From an uncultured Gemmatimonadales bacterium (lineage in GTDB: Bacteria; Gemmatimonadota; Gemmatimonadetes; Gemmatimonadales; GWC2-71-9), in the NCBI GenBank assembly GCA_963825055.1, contig CAWGSK010000002.1, forward strand, positions 128,001 to 192,000: a stretch of DNA of 64,000 nucleotides. Direction: 5' to 3'. The notes beneath the pieces are model-generated. The model saw only the letters and a list, made by a program, of their open reading frames with translations. It ran no database searches and was not told where the DNA came from. Positions 30,637 to 42,202 of this stretch are shown one piece after another. The position numbers and the translations under genes are program-made. Position 1 is the stretch's first letter. Each line of letters begins with the position of its first letter.

Positions 30637-31919
30637 CGAACGCGCAGGAACTGATTGCGAAGGCGGAACGCCGCGAGGTGCTGTTCGGGGTCATCGGGCT
30701 GGGCTACGTGGGCCTCCCGCTGGCCGTAGAACTGGCGGGCGCGGGGTATCGCGTGCTGGGATACGACGTCAATCCTGATGTGGTGGAGGGCCTGAACGGC
30801 GGCCACTCCCATGTCAAGGACATCACCGACGCGCAACTCCAGGCGGTCCTGAAGAAAGGTCTCTTCCGGGCGACGGCCGATGCCGGTGAACTGGGCGAAC
30901 CCGACGCGATCTCCATCTGCGTTCCAACGCCGCTGTCCAAGTTCAAGGATCCGGACGTCAGCTACATCGTCGCCGCGACCAACGCCGTGAAGCAGACGCT
31001 CCGCAAGGGACAGGCGATCATCCTCGAAAGCACGACCTACCCGGGAACGACCCGGGAGATCATGCTGCCGGCCCTCGAGGAGAACGGGCTCAAGGTGGGA
31101 GAGGATTTCTTCCTCGCCTTCAGCCCCGAACGGGTGGATCCGGGCAATCCCACGTACGGTACCCGGAATACGCCGAAGGTCGTGGGCGGGATTACCGAGG
31201 CGTGCCGGAAGGTGGCGGTCGCGCTGTACCAGCCGGCCATCGAGACGCTGGTCGAGGTCAGCACCACCGAGGCCGCCGAGCTGGTGAAGCTGCTCGAGAA
31301 CACCTTCCGCAGCGTGAACATCGGCCTGGTGAACGAGATGGCGATCGTCTGCGACAAGCTGGGCGTGGACGTCTGGGAGGTGATCGAGGCGGCGGCGACC
31401 AAGCCGTTCGGCTTCATGAAGTTCCTCCCGGGCCCCGGCCTGGGCGGTCACTGCATCCCGATCGACCCGCACTACCTCGCCTGGAAGATGCGTGGGCTCA
31501 ATTACAAGACACGGTTCATCGACCTGGCTGGCGAACTCAATACCGAGATGCCGAACTTCTGGGTGCGGAAAGTGGGGGACGCACTCAACGATCATGGCAA
31601 GGCGGTACGAGGCGCCTCCGTCTTCGTGCTCGGCGTCGCCTACAAGCGCGACATCGAGGATCTCCGCGAGAGTCCTGCCCTGGACATTATCCGCCTCCTT
31701 GAGCAGCAGGGCGCCAAGGTGACGTACCACGATCCGCATGTGGCGCGCTTCCGGGAGGACGGACATGAGGTGCACTCCGTCGCGCTCACGCCCGAGACGC
31801 TCAAGGCGGCGGACTGCGTCATGATCGTCACGGACCATCAGGCGATTGACTGGGGGATGGTCAAGGCGCATGCGCGTGCCGTCGTGGATACGCGCCACGT
31901 GCTCGCCGGTCTCGCCTGA
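30633..31919 (+). CDS. UDP-N-acetylhexosamine 6-dehydrogenase (WbpA/WecC-like)
   Basis: GLGYVGLPLA, CVPTPL, ESTTYPGTT, SPERVDPG, KLLENTFR, GGHCIPIDP. Confidence 0.92.
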   Translation: MTNAQELIAKAERREVLFGVIGLGYVGLPLAVELAGAGYRVLGYDVNPDVVEGLNGGHSHVKDITDAQLQAVLKKGLFRATADAGELGEPDAISICVPTPLSKFKDPDVSYIVAATNAVKQTLRKGQAIILESTTYPGTTREIMLPALEENGLKVGEDFFLAFSPERVDPGNPTYGTRNTPKVVGGITEACRKVAVALYQPAIETLVEVSTTEAAELVKLLENTFRSVNIGLVNEMAIVCDKLGVDVWEVIEAAATKPFGFMKFLPGPGLGGHCIPIDPHYLAWKMRGLNYKTRFIDLAGELNTEMPNFWVRKVGDALNDHGKAVRGASVFVLGVAYKRDIEDLRESPALDIIRLLEQQGAKVTYHDPHVARFREDGHEVHSVALTPETLKAADCVMIVTDHQAIDWGMVKAHARAVVDTRHVLAGLA

Positions 31920-31921
31920 TC

Positions 31922-33226
31922 ATGCGGGTGGCCATCGTCGGGAGCGGGTACGTCGGCCTGGTGGCCGGTGCCTGCCTGGCCGAGACCGGTAACAACGTCA
32001 TCTGCGCGGACGTGGACGAGGGCAAGATCGCACGCCTGCGCGACAATGACGTCCCGATCTACGAGCCGGGGCTCGAGCCCTTGATCCGGTCGAACCAGGC
32101 CGAGGGCCGGCTCACCTTCACCACCGACGTGGACGATGCCGTCCGCCAGAGCCGGGTCGTGTTCATCGCAGTGGGCACGCCTCCCGGGGAGGACGGATCA
32201 GCCGACCTCCAGCATGTGCTGGCCGTCGCCCGGACCATCGGCCGCAACATGAACGGCCCCAAGGTCATCATCACCAAGTCCACCGTCCCGGTTGGCACCG
32301 CGGAGAAGGTTCGCTCGACCATCGCCGCCGAGACGGACGTGGCGTTCTCGGTTTGCAGCAACCCCGAGTTCCTCAAGGAAGGCGCCGCGATCGACGATTT
32401 CATGAAGCCCGATCGCGTGGTGGTCGGGGTGGACTCGGAGGAAGCGCGCCGGGTGCTGGCGGACCTGTATGCCCCGTTCGTGCGCACCGGCAACCCGATC
32501 CTCTTCATGGACATCGCCTCGGCGGAGGTCACGAAGTACGCCGCCAATGCGATGCTGGCGACGCGCATCAGCTTCATGAACCAGATCGCGGCCTTCTGCG
32601 AGGCGACCGGTGCGGATGTGCAGGCCGTCCGGCGCGGCATCGGCTCGGACCGGCGCATCGGTCCGGCGTTCCTCTTCCCCGGACCGGGGTACGGCGGGTC
32701 GTGCTTTCCGAAGGACGTGAAGGCGCTGGTCCGCTCCGCCCGCGAGCGCGGGCTCGACTTCGAGCTGCTCGACGCCGTCGAATCGGTGAACGAGCGCCAG
32801 AAGCGGGTCCTGCTCACGAAGGTCCTTCGCGCCCTCGGGGACGACCTTGCCGGCAAGGCCGTGGCCGTCTGGGGGCTGGCGTTCAAGGCGGAGACCGACG
32901 ACATGCGGGAGAGCCCCTCCATCCCGCTGGTGGAAGGGCTCCTCGCGGCCGGCGCCGAGGTGCGGGTTCACGACCCGAAGGCACACGAGAGCGCCAGTGC
33001 CGTCTTCGGCGACCGGGTGCGGTATGCCGACGATCCGTACACCGCAACCGAGGGCGCCGACGCGCTGGTCATCGTGACGGAGTGGCTGGTGTACCGGAAC
33101 CCCGACTTCGACCGGCTTTCCACGGCGCTCCGGCGCCCGCTCATCATTGACGGTCGCAACCTCTATGACGCGGGGCGGCTCGCCGCCCTCGGCTTCGAGT
33201 ATCACGGGATCGGACGGCGGGCATGA
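31922..33226 (+). CDS. ugd: UDP-glucose 6-dehydrogenase
   Basis: [40 protein letters not shown]. Confidence 0.94.
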   Translation: MRVAIVGSGYVGLVAGACLAETGNNVICADVDEGKIARLRDNDVPIYEPGLEPLIRSNQAEGRLTFTTDVDDAVRQSRVVFIAVGTPPGEDGSADLQHVLAVARTIGRNMNGPKVIITKSTVPVGTAEKVRSTIAAETDVAFSVCSNPEFLKEGAAIDDFMKPDRVVVGVDSEEARRVLADLYAPFVRTGNPILFMDIASAEVTKYAANAMLATRISFMNQIAAFCEATGADVQAVRRGIGSDRRIGPAFLFPGPGYGGSCFPKDVKALVRSARERGLDFELLDAVESVNERQKRVLLTKVLRALGDDLAGKAVAVWGLAFKAETDDMRESPSIPLVEGLLAAGAEVRVHDPKAHESASAVFGDRVRYADDPYTATEGADALVIVTEWLVYRNPDFDRLSTALRRPLIIDGRNLYDAGRLAALGFEYHGIGRRA

Positions 33227-34158
33227 GGGTTCTCATTACGGGCGCGGCCGGTTTCCTCGGTTCCCACCTGACCGACCGGTTCATCGCCGACGGGCATGAG
33301 GTCGTCGGGATGGACAACTTCATCACCGGCTCACCGGACAACATCGCCCATCTTGCCGGGCACCCGAACTTCCGGTTCATCCAGCACGACGTCACCAACT
33401 TCATCTACGTGGACGGGCCGCTGCACGGCGTGCTGCACTTCGCCTCGCCCGCCAGCCCGCGCGACTACCTCGAACTGCCCATCCAGACGCTCAAGGTCGG
33501 GTCGCTCGGCAGCCACAAGGCGCTGGGCCTCGCGAAGGCGAAGGGGGCCCGCTTCCTCCTGGCCAGCACTTCCGAGGTCTACGGCGACCCGCAGGTGCAT
33601 CCGCAGCCGGAGACCTACTGGGGCCACGTGAACCCCGTCGGGCCGCGCGGCGTGTATGACGAGGCAAAGCGCTTCGCCGAGGCCATGACCATGGCCTACC
33701 ACCGGTTCCATGGCATGGATACGCGGATCGTGCGCATTTTCAACACCTACGGCCCCCGGATGCGGGCACTCGATGGCCGGGTGGTGTCAAATTTCGTGGT
33801 GCAGGCCCTCTCGAACGAACCGATTACCATCTACGGCGATGGCGGGCAGACCCGCTCGTTCTGCTACGTGTCCGACCTCGTCGATGGCATCGTCCGCCTC
33901 TTCCACAGCGAGCGGACCGATCCCTGCAACGTGGGGAACCCGAAGGAATTCACCGTGCTCGAGCTGGCCGAGCTGATCCTGTCCCAGACCGGTTCGGCCT
34001 CGACCCTCACCCGGCACCCGCTCCCCACCGACGACCCGAAGGTGCGCAAGCCCGACATCACGGTCGCGCGTGAGGTGCTGGGCTGGGAACCGCAGGTGGA
34101 CCTCGCCGAGGGTCTCCGCCGCACCATCGAGCACTTCCGCCAGACCCTGCCGTCGTGA
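33223..34158 (+). CDS. UDP-glucuronate decarboxylase (UDP-xylose synthase) family
   Basis: [48 protein letters not shown]. Confidence 0.92.
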   Translation: MRVLITGAAGFLGSHLTDRFIADGHEVVGMDNFITGSPDNIAHLAGHPNFRFIQHDVTNFIYVDGPLHGVLHFASPASPRDYLELPIQTLKVGSLGSHKALGLAKAKGARFLLASTSEVYGDPQVHPQPETYWGHVNPVGPRGVYDEAKRFAEAMTMAYHRFHGMDTRIVRIFNTYGPRMRALDGRVVSNFVVQALSNEPITIYGDGGQTRSFCYVSDLVDGIVRLFHSERTDPCNVGNPKEFTVLELAELILSQTGSASTLTRHPLPTDDPKVRKPDITVAREVLGWEPQVDLAEGLRRTIEHFRQTLPS

Positions 34159-35123
34159 CCCGGGTCGTGGTCACCGGGGCAGCCGGGTTCATCGGCTCGC
34201 ATCTCAGCGGGGCGCTGCTCGCGCGCGGCGACGAGGTCGTCGGTATCGACAACTTCGACCCCTTCTACCCGCGCGAGATCAAGGAAGCGAACCTCCGCGC
34301 CATCGGCACGCCCGCCGCTTTCGCCTTTCATGAGGTCGACATCCTCGACCGCGAGCGTGTCCAGGCGCTGCTCACGCCGGAGACAGTCATCGTCCACCTC
34401 GCCGCGCGCCCCGGCGTCCGTCCGTCCATTGCGGACCCGGCCGGGTACGCCCGTGTGAACCTCGAGGGCACGGCCGCGGTCGCCGTGGCCGCCCAGGCCG
34501 CGGGAGTGTCCCGCTTCGTCTTCGGCTCGTCTTCTTCGGTGTACGGCGATGATACCCCCGTGCCGTTCCGCGAGGACGCCATCGCGATCCACCCGATGTC
34601 GCCCTATGCGGCCTCCAAGCGCGGTGGGGAACTCCTGCTGTCCGCGCTGGCCCCGCTGGGCGGACTGCGGGCAGCGGCGCTCCGTTTCTTCACGGTATAC
34701 GGCCCGCGTCAGCGCCCGGATCTTGCCATCCACGCCTTTGCGCGGAAGCTGGCCCGGGGCGAGGCCCTGACGCTCTTCGGTGACGGGAGCCAGTCACGCG
34801 ATTATACCTACTGTGACGACATCGTCGCCGGTGTCCTCGCGGCGATCGACTGGACCGCGGGAGCTCCCGTCGGGATGGAGATTTTCAACCTCGGCGGGAA
34901 CCACCCGGTGCCGTTGCGGGAGATGGTGGACGCGGTGGCCCGCGCGATGGGCCGCACGCCGGTCGTGGAGTGGGCGCCGATGCAGCCCGGCGACGTTCAG
35001 CATACCTTTGCGGACCTTGCCAAGTCCGGCCGGGTGCTGGGTTACCGCCCGCAGGTGTCATTCGAGGAAGGATTACAGCGGTTCGCCGCCTGGTTCGAGG
35101 AAACGCATGGACGTCAGCGCTGA
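34155..35123 (+). CDS. NAD-dependent epimerase (UDP-glucuronate 4-epimerase-like)
   Basis: [47 protein letters not shown]. Confidence 0.88.
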   Translation: MTRVVVTGAAGFIGSHLSGALLARGDEVVGIDNFDPFYPREIKEANLRAIGTPAAFAFHEVDILDRERVQALLTPETVIVHLAARPGVRPSIADPAGYARVNLEGTAAVAVAAQAAGVSRFVFGSSSSVYGDDTPVPFREDAIAIHPMSPYAASKRGGELLLSALAPLGGLRAAALRFFTVYGPRQRPDLAIHAFARKLARGEALTLFGDGSQSRDYTYCDDIVAGVLAAIDWTAGAPVGMEIFNLGGNHPVPLREMVDAVARAMGRTPVVEWAPMQPGDVQHTFADLAKSGRVLGYRPQVSFEEGLQRFAAWFEETHGRQR

Positions 35124-35814
35124 CCACCTGCTCGCCCGGGCCCGCGAACGGTTCGCGGTCCAGGACTATTACGGGGCCATCCACCTGCTCGAGGATATCA
35201 TCGCGAGCGGACGGGCCTTCGCTGATGCCTACCACCTGCTTGGTGTCTCGTTCAGCCTGCTCGGCCAGCAGGAACGCGCGCTGCGCCACTTCGACAAGGC
35301 GCTGGCGCTGAACGCGCGGTACTTCGAGGCCCATGTCCACCGCGGCATCGTGCTGAACGAACTGGGCCGTCGCGAGGAAGCCGACGAGGCCTTCCGGCTC
35401 GCCGCGTCCGCGACGCCGGCACCCGTCGGGCGGCTCCCCGGACCACTCGCGGCCAATCTGGCCAACCAGCACGCCGAGCTGGGCCAGGCCTATGCCGAGG
35501 CAGGGGCCCCCGATGAAGCCATCCGGGAGTACCGTCGTGCCATGGAACTGGGTCCCACGTTTGCGGACCTGCGCTACCGGCTCGCCCGGCTCCTGCTCGA
35601 AACGGGGCATGTGCTCGAAGGCCGGGACGAACTGGAGCGGGTTGTGCGGGAACGCCCGAACTTTCTCACCGCCCAGGCGGCACTCGGGCTGGCCCGGTAC
35701 CTCTCCGGCGATGCCGGTGGCGCCGAGGAAGTGTGGCACAAGGTGCTCGAGAAGCGCCCGGCTGACGCGCGGGTGGAGGCCTACCTCGCGATGATGGAGC
35801 GCAACGACTCGTGA
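35107..35814 (+). CDS. Tetratricopeptide repeat protein
   Basis: Successive TPR-like helical repeats (ADAYHLLG, FADLRYRLA). ATG 35107 follows GAGGA. Confidence 0.85.
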   Translation: MDVSADHLLARARERFAVQDYYGAIHLLEDIIASGRAFADAYHLLGVSFSLLGQQERALRHFDKALALNARYFEAHVHRGIVLNELGRREEADEAFRLAASATPAPVGRLPGPLAANLANQHAELGQAYAEAGAPDEAIREYRRAMELGPTFADLRYRLARLLLETGHVLEGRDELERVVRERPNFLTAQAALGLARYLSGDAGGAEEVWHKVLEKRPADARVEAYLAMMERNDS

Positions 35815-36707
35815 GGCGGTGGTGGGTCCTGGCACTGGTGGGGCTGGTAGCGTGCGGCTCGGCGGCCGATCATGAGCGCCTGGGCGACGATGCGGTCGCA
35901 TCGGGAGACCTCACCCTCGCCCTGGCCGAGTACCAGGCCGCCGGGCAGGGGCCGCTCAAGCCCCGGCTCCTGGCCAAGCTCGGCACGACCGCCCTCCAGG
36001 CCGAGGCCTGGTCCGAGGCGGTCGACGCGTTTCGCAGCCTTGGTGCCGCCGACCCAGCCCGTGCCATACAGGCCGCGACCGGGCTCGAGCTGGCCGCCCG
36101 GGGCGCTCTCGCCTCCGGCGACATGGCCGCCCTCCGGGACGCAGTTCTCTCGCTCCGCACGGTGGCGCCGGAGCGGCTCGACGGCCAGGCCGCCCTCGCC
36201 CTGGTACAGTCGGGGACTCTGGCGCCGGACGAGGCGATTACTCTCCTGCCGTACGCGCTCGCCGCGGCTCCGGGCGCAGCGGTGGTCGATTCGCTGCTTG
36301 CACGATATGGCGATGCCTACCGCCGGACGGCGGCCTGCGAGGACGCGGTCCGCATCTACCGCACCCTGGCGCGGCGGGCGGGTGTGGACCGCGAGGCGGC
36401 AGCGGACGGCCTCGCCCAGTGCGCGCTCACCCTCGGCCGCGACGCGGATGACCTGAACCGCCCGGGCGATGCCGAACACTGGTACCGCGTGGCGAGCAGG
36501 GCAGTACCCGAGTCGCCGACCGGCCGGGCCGCCCTGCTTGGCCTCGCGAATGTGCGAGCGGCTGAGGGAGACACGGCCGAAGCTTCGGCCGCATTGGAAA
36601 CCGCCATCCGCCGGGGGAGTCCCGCCGACTCCCTGAGCCAGATGGCCTTACAGCGTTTGACGGCGCTCGGCTTGGGCGCTGCATCAACCCGGGACGTGCA
36701 GCCGTAA
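35811..36707 (+). CDS. Alpha-helical/TPR-like lipoprotein
   Basis: Lipobox LVAC after a hydrophobic stretch, Ala-rich helical repeats. Confidence 0.75.
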   Translation: MRRWWVLALVGLVACGSAADHERLGDDAVASGDLTLALAEYQAAGQGPLKPRLLAKLGTTALQAEAWSEAVDAFRSLGAADPARAIQAATGLELAARGALASGDMAALRDAVLSLRTVAPERLDGQAALALVQSGTLAPDEAITLLPYALAAAPGAAVVDSLLARYGDAYRRTAACEDAVRIYRTLARRAGVDREAAADGLAQCALTLGRDADDLNRPGDAEHWYRVASRAVPESPTGRAALLGLANVRAAEGDTAEASAALETAIRRGSPADSLSQMALQRLTALGLGAASTRDVQP

Positions 36708-37498
36708 TGACTCCGAATCCCCTGAAGCCCGTTGTCGTTCTTCTTGTCCTCGGTGCCTGCGCGCGCGGCGGCCCACGCGTGAATGCCGTTCCGGATACTG
36801 CCCCGCAGATTGCGGAGGCGGCCGACTCCGCCACGGTGGACAGCCTCTGGGAGCACGCGCAGGCCAGGTTCCGCCGTGGCAAGTGGAGTGATGCCGCGGT
36901 TGATTTCGAGCGCCTCGTGCTGGAGATGCGTCCGGGGGACACGCGCATCGCCCAGGTGCACTTCTTCACGGGCGAGTCCTATTTCGCAATGAAGGACCAG
37001 CTCCGCGCCGCCCGGGAATTCCGGAAGGTGTCCGACGAGATGCCCAACGCGCCGCTCGCGCCGCGGGCCCTGCTCCGCGTGGGCGATGCGTACCGCGACC
37101 TCTGGCGGCGTCCCGAACTGGATCCCTCATACGGCCTGACGGCCCTGTCGACCTACCGGGAACTGGCGAACCGCTATCCCCAGTCCGACGCCGCCAAGGT
37201 GGCCCAGGCCCGGATCAGCGAACTGGAGGAGTGGTTCGCAAAGAAGGAGTTCAAGGCCGCCGAGTACTACCTCAAGCTCAAGGTGTGGGACTCCGCCATC
37301 ATTTACCTGAAGGACCTGGCGGCGACGTACCCGCGAGCCTCGGTGACGCCGCACGCGCTCATCGAGCTGGTGGATGCCTACCGCAAGCTGGGCTACACTG
37401 AAGACGTCAACGAGACCTGCGGCTATCTGCGCCAGTACCATCCGAACCTCGAGGAGACGGACGAGCACTGCCCGGCGCCCCCCTCGGGCACGGGCTGA
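36707..37498 (+). CDS. bamD: Outer membrane protein assembly factor BamD
   Basis: Lipobox LGAC, TPRs, ELDPSY, YPQS, KEFKAAEYYLK. Confidence 0.85.
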   Translation: MTPNPLKPVVVLLVLGACARGGPRVNAVPDTAPQIAEAADSATVDSLWEHAQARFRRGKWSDAAVDFERLVLEMRPGDTRIAQVHFFTGESYFAMKDQLRAAREFRKVSDEMPNAPLAPRALLRVGDAYRDLWRRPELDPSYGLTALSTYRELANRYPQSDAAKVAQARISELEEWFAKKEFKAAEYYLKLKVWDSAIIYLKDLAATYPRASVTPHALIELVDAYRKLGYTEDVNETCGYLRQYHPNLEETDEHCPAPPSGTG

Positions 37499-37506
37499 TT
37501 GCCGGC

Positions 37507-38070
37507 ATGATCGGCCTCCTCGGCGGATCCTTCGACCCCATCCATCACGGGCACCTGATTGGCGGCCGGCGTCTCCTGGAGGCGCTTGGCCTCGAGACCA
37601 TCCGCTTCATGCCTGCCCGGGAGCAGCCCTTCAAGCAGGGGCGCCACGGCGCTCCCGCCGCCAACCGGGCTCGGATGGTGGAACTCGCCATCGCCGGGGA
37701 GTCGGGGTTCGCGCTGGAGCGCTGCGAACTCGAGCGGCCCGGTCCTTCCTACACGATCGATACCCTCCGGCATCTCCGTGAGACCGAGCCCGGCATGGCC
37801 ATCACCCTCCTGCTCGGCTCCGACGCCGCCCGGGAGCTGGACGACTGGCACGAAGCGGCCGCACTCCCGGACCTGGCCCGGATCGTCGTCTTCGGCCGGC
37901 CCGGTTCCCGACCACCGGCCTCACCGCTGGTGGAGACGGTGCTGGAGATCCCCGCCATCGGGATCAGCAGTACCGAAATCCGGGAGCGGGTGCGCCAGGG
38001 CCGCTCCATCCGGTACCTGGTCCCCCGGGCGGTGGCGGATTACATCGAGGCCGAACGGTTGTATCTTTAA
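37507..38070 (+). CDS. nadD: Nicotinate-nucleotide adenylyltransferase
   Basis: [32 protein letters not shown]. Confidence 0.95.
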   Translation: MIGLLGGSFDPIHHGHLIGGRRLLEALGLETIRFMPAREQPFKQGRHGAPAANRARMVELAIAGESGFALERCELERPGPSYTIDTLRHLRETEPGMAITLLLGSDAARELDDWHEAAALPDLARIVVFGRPGSRPPASPLVETVLEIPAIGISSTEIRERVRQGRSIRYLVPRAVADYIEAERLYL

Positions 38071-38075
38071 GGGCT

Positions 38076-41000
38076 ATGATTCTCAAGAAGGCTATTACCA
38101 GGGTATTCGGCTCCCGGTTCGACCGGGAACGCCGCAAGCTCCAGCCCATACTCGATGCGATCCACCGCGAGGAAGAGCGCCTCAAGGGCCTGAGTGAGAG
38201 CGAGCTCAAGGGCCAGACGGAGCGGTTCCGCGGTATCCTCGCCGAGCGCACCCGTGAGGTGAAGGACGAACTGGACCGGGTCGGGCGCGAGAAGCACGAC
38301 TGCGCCGATCCGGTCGAGCGCGACCGGCTCGAACGGCGCCATGTCGAGCTGGAGGGGCAGTGGAAGGCCGAACTCGGCACGGTGCTGGACGAGATCCTGC
38401 CAGAGGCTTTCGCCACGGTGCGCGAGGCCTGTCGCCGGCTCATGGGCACCGAGGTCCAGGTCACCGGCCGCGCGCTGACGTGGGACATGGTCCCGTACGA
38501 TGTCCAGCTGCTGGGCGGCATCGTGCTTCACCAGGGCAAGATCGCGGAGATGGCGACCGGCGAGGGCAAGACGCTGGTGGCCACGCTGCCGCTGTACCTC
38601 AACGCCCTCACCGGCCGGGGCGCGCACCTGGTCACGGTCAACAACTACCTGGCCCGCCGTGACAGTCACTGGATGGGGCACGTCTATAACTACCTTGGCC
38701 TCTCGGTAGCCGTCCTGGACGATACCGAGCCCTCCTCTCCGGAGCGCCGCGCCGCCTACCACGCCGACATCACGTACGGAACGAACAACGAATTCGGCTT
38801 CGATTACCTCCGCGACAACATGGTCTTCACGCTGGACCAGCGGGTGCAGCGGCCCCACGCCTACGCGATCATCGACGAGGTGGACTCGATCCTGATCGAC
38901 GAGGCACGGACGCCGCTGATCATCTCGGGGCCGGTGGGGAACGAGGAGGACCAGCGCTATGGCCAGTTCAACCGGCCCGTGGCCGAGCTGGTGCGGAAGC
39001 AGGCCGGCGTTGTCAGCAACGTCCTGGCCCAGGCCGAGAAGCTCCTGCAGGAGCCGGATGGGCAGCACGAAGCCGGCCTGCGGCTGTACCAGGCCCACCT
39101 CGGCATGCCCAAGAACAAGAAGTTGCTCAAGCTGCTGAATGAAATGGGCAACAAGCAGCTGCTCCAGAAGATGGAACTGGAGGCGATCGCCGACCGCAAG
39201 CTGCCGATGAAGCAGCAGAAGCTGCGGGACCTCGAGGAGTCGCTCTACTTCGTGCTCGACGAGAAAGGCCACTCGGTGCACCTGACCGACATGGGTGCCG
39301 CCGCCCTCTCGCCGGGCGAGCCGGAGCTGTTCCTGGTGCCGGACATCTCGGAGGAGATCCATCAGGTCGAGAACGATCCGGACCTGTCCCCCGGCGAGCG
39401 CCTGGAGCGCCGGCGCGAAGTCGAAGCCGCGTACGCCGCCAAGAGCGAGAAACTCCACGCCATCCACAAGCTGCTTCAGGCCTACGCGCTCTACGAGAAG
39501 GACGTGGACTACGTGGTACAGGAGGGCCAGGTGCTGATCGTGGACGAGTTCACCGGCCGCCTCATGGCGGGCCGGCGCTGGTCCGACGGATTGCACCAGG
39601 CGGTGGAGGCGAAGGAAGGTGTGCAGGTGAAGGGCGAGACCCAGACGCTCGCCACCATCACCATCCAGAACTACTTCCGGATGTACGACAAGCTCTCGGG
39701 CATGACGGGTACGGCCGAGACGGAGGAGACCGAGTTCTACCAGATCTACGGTCTCGAGGTGTCGGTCATACCGACACACCGCCCGATCGCCCGGGACGAC
39801 CGGCACGACCGGATCTACAAGACACGCCGCGAGAAGTACAACGCGATCGTGGACGAAGTCGAGCGCCAGCACGAACTCGGCCTGCCGGTGCTGATCGGCA
39901 CCGTCACGGTGGAGGTGTCGGAGACATTGAGCCGCCAGCTCAAGCGCCGCGGCCTCAAGCACGAGGTGCTGAACGCCAAGTTCCACCAGCGTGAGGCCGA
40001 GATCGTGGCGGGCGCCGGCCAGAAGGGCGCGATTACCATCGCGACCAACATGGCCGGCCGCGGCACCGACATCAAGCTGGGCAAGGACCTGGACCTCAAG
40101 CTCGATGAGGCCGGCCTCCAGATCATCGGCACCGAGCGGCACGAGTCCCGGCGGATCGACCGCCAGTTGCGCGGCCGCTCCGGCCGCCAGGGCGATCCCG
40201 GCGCTACCGTCTTCTACATCTCTCTCGAAGACGACCTCATGCGGCTCTTTATCTCGGATCGTATCGCCGGGATGATGGACAAGACCGGGGTGGAGGAGGG
40301 AGAGGTCATCTCGCACCCGTGGGTCACGCGCGCCATCGGCAAGGCCCAGCAGCGGGTCGAGCTCCAGAACTTCCAGCAGCGGAAGCGGCTGCTCGAATAT
40401 GACGACGTCATGAACCAGCAGCGGGAGGTGATCTACTCCCTCCGCCTGTTCGCGCTCGAGCGGGGCGAGGAGCTCAAGGCCGAGGCCCGCCGCATGATCC
40501 AGGACGCGCTGGAGCGCGAGGTGCGGCTCTGGCTGGCCCAGGCGGCCCGTCCCGAGGAGTACGACCTCGCCGGACTGCACGCCCGCCTGCTGACCCAGTA
40601 CCTCGTGGCCGTGGACGGCATCGACGGCGTCACGGACACGATGGACGAGTCGGCGGTCCTGGAGGCGGTGTACGAGGCCGGGGAACAGACGTTCCAGCGG
40701 AAGCTGGCCTACCTCCATGACTTCGGTCGCACCATCAACGTGGGCGACGTCGACAGCCAGGTGCTCTCGCAGGTGACGCTCAGTGTCATCGACGAGAAGT
40801 GGAAGGACCACCTCTACGACCTCGACCAGCTCCGGAACGCGATCCAGTACCGCGCATACGGGCAGAAGGACCCGCTCGTCGAGTACAAGCGTGAGGCCTT
40901 CGAGATGTTCGAGGGGCTCATGGACGACCTGCACGCGGCGTTCACCGAGCGCTTCCTCAAGATCCAGGTTTCGGCCCAGCCCCCGGCGCCCGCCCGGCGG

Positions 41001-41228
41001 CCTCCGCCGGCGGAGGCCACCCGGGGCCCGGATGACCTGTTCGCGCCGGCCACGCGCCGCGCTCCGGTGGATGGCGCGGCCGCGGGCCCCTCCGTTCCGG
41101 CGCCCCCGGTCGCGACCAACCTTGGCCGGGTACCCCAGCAGGGGACCACAGTCCCCGAGGTCGGCCGGAACGATCCCTGCCCCTGTGGGTCTGGCAGGAA
41201 GTACAAGAAGTGCCACGGGGCAAACTGA
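38076..41228 (+). CDS. secA: Preprotein translocase subunit SecA
   Basis: [52 protein letters not shown] motif [11 protein letters not shown]. Confidence 0.98.
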   Translation: MILKKAITRVFGSRFDRERRKLQPILDAIHREEERLKGLSESELKGQTERFRGILAERTREVKDELDRVGREKHDCADPVERDRLERRHVELEGQWKAELGTVLDEILPEAFATVREACRRLMGTEVQVTGRALTWDMVPYDVQLLGGIVLHQGKIAEMATGEGKTLVATLPLYLNALTGRGAHLVTVNNYLARRDSHWMGHVYNYLGLSVAVLDDTEPSSPERRAAYHADITYGTNNEFGFDYLRDNMVFTLDQRVQRPHAYAIIDEVDSILIDEARTPLIISGPVGNEEDQRYGQFNRPVAELVRKQAGVVSNVLAQAEKLLQEPDGQHEAGLRLYQAHLGMPKNKKLLKLLNEMGNKQLLQKMELEAIADRKLPMKQQKLRDLEESLYFVLDEKGHSVHLTDMGAAALSPGEPELFLVPDISEEIHQVENDPDLSPGERLERRREVEAAYAAKSEKLHAIHKLLQAYALYEKDVDYVVQEGQVLIVDEFTGRLMAGRRWSDGLHQAVEAKEGVQVKGETQTLATITIQNYFRMYDKLSGMTGTAETEETEFYQIYGLEVSVIPTHRPIARDDRHDRIYKTRREKYNAIVDEVERQHELGLPVLIGTVTVEVSETLSRQLKRRGLKHEVLNAKFHQREAEIVAGAGQKGAITIATNMAGRGTDIKLGKDLDLKLDEAGLQIIGTERHESRRIDRQLRGRSGRQGDPGATVFYISLEDDLMRLFISDRIAGMMDKTGVEEGEVISHPWVTRAIGKAQQRVELQNFQQRKRLLEYDDVMNQQREVIYSLRLFALERGEELKAEARRMIQDALEREVRLWLAQAARPEEYDLAGLHARLLTQYLVAVDGIDGVTDTMDESAVLEAVYEAGEQTFQRKLAYLHDFGRTINVGDVDSQVLSQVTLSVIDEKWKDHLYDLDQLRNAIQYRAYGQKDPLVEYKREAFEMFEGLMDDLHAAFTERFLKIQVSAQPPAPARRPPPAEATRGPDDLFAPATRRAPVDGAAAGPSVPAPPVATNLGRVPQQGTTVPEVGRNDPCPCGSGRKYKKCHGAN

Positions 41229-41253
41229 CGGCGGGCAGCGAACAGCGAAACGG

Positions 41254-41288
41254 GAGGGTGGGGTGCCGCAGGCACTCCACCCTCTTTT
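41254..41288 (+). terminator. Intrinsic terminator after secA
   Basis: GAGGGTGGGGTGCC-GCA-GGCACTCCACCCTC followed by TTTT. Confidence 0.85.
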
Positions 41289-41359
41289 CGTGCGTGGCTT
41301 TGATGCCGACGGGATGATTGCGGTGGCCGGTCATTGACGCGGGCGGGCTATCGTGGCAC

Positions 41360-42061
41360 ATGCCTGACACGACACCTGACGCTCCGCGTACCGAACCCGT
41401 TCCTGCGCACGATCGTCCCCGCGAGCGCCTCTGGTCGCTCGGCTCCGGGGCCCTGACCGCCACCGAGCTTCTCGCCGTGCTCCTTGGCACGGGCAGCGGC
41501 GGCCGGCCAGCCACCGAGGTCGCCGCGGGGCTCCTGGCCCGCGCGGGCGGGTCCCTCCGCGGGCTGGCCGCACGTCCGGCGGCCGAATTGCGCCGCGAGG
41601 CCGGTGTCGGACCCGCCAAGGCCGGTCGGCTGCTGGCGGCATTCGAACTGGCGGCCCGGCTCGCCGTCGAGGCCCGGCCCTCCGCTCCCAGGATCCGCGA
41701 GCCTGGTGACGTCGCGGCCCTCCTTGCAGGTCGGCTCCGGGACCTGGCCGTGGAGGAGTTCCACCTGCTCGCCCTGGACAGTCAGAGCCAGGTGCTCCGT
41801 GATGTCATGGTCACGCGCGGGCTCCTCAACAGTTCCCTCGTACATCCCCGGGAGGTCTTCCGGGCCGCCATCGCCGAGGCGGCCGCCGGCATCATTCTCG
41901 TTCATAACCACCCGAGCGGAGACCCGACCCCTTCCGCGGAAGACCGGGCGGTCACCCGCCAGCTTGTGGAGGCCGGAAAGCTGCTGGACCTTCCGGTGTA
42001 CGATCATGTGATCATCGCGGGAGACCGTTTCGTGAGCCTCGCGGGGCTTGGTCTCCTTTAG
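41360..42061 (+). CDS. radC: RadC/JAB-domain protein (UPF0758)
   Basis: RPRERL, ELLAVLLGTG, VHPREVF, HNHPSGDPTPSAED, DHVII. Confidence 0.95.
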   Translation: MPDTTPDAPRTEPVPAHDRPRERLWSLGSGALTATELLAVLLGTGSGGRPATEVAAGLLARAGGSLRGLAARPAAELRREAGVGPAKAGRLLAAFELAARLAVEARPSAPRIREPGDVAALLAGRLRDLAVEEFHLLALDSQSQVLRDVMVTRGLLNSSLVHPREVFRAAIAEAAAGIILVHNHPSGDPTPSAEDRAVTRQLVEAGKLLDLPVYDHVIIAGDRFVSLAGLGLL

Positions 42062-42188
42062 GCCGGTCGGCCATGTCGTTGAAAAACAGTGGCTTATGTA
42101 ATTCAAGCCATGGGCGGTCCGCGAAGGCCTGCGCCACTGTCACCCATGGTGGACGCGCGCGCGGCTCTGGGCTGAAGTCCATTGCAGG

Positions 42189-42197
42189 TGCTATACT
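42189..42197 (+). promoter_or_regulatory. Extended -10 promoter, probable leaderless relA/spoT transcript
   Basis: TGcTATACT ends 5 nt before ATG 42203. Confidence 0.6.
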
Positions 42198-42202
42198 GGG
42201 AA

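Noticed and set aside
41360..42061. radC as a marker of a mobile or anti-defence element
   Set aside because: It is the full-length chromosomal form between secA and relA, with no mobile genes nearby.
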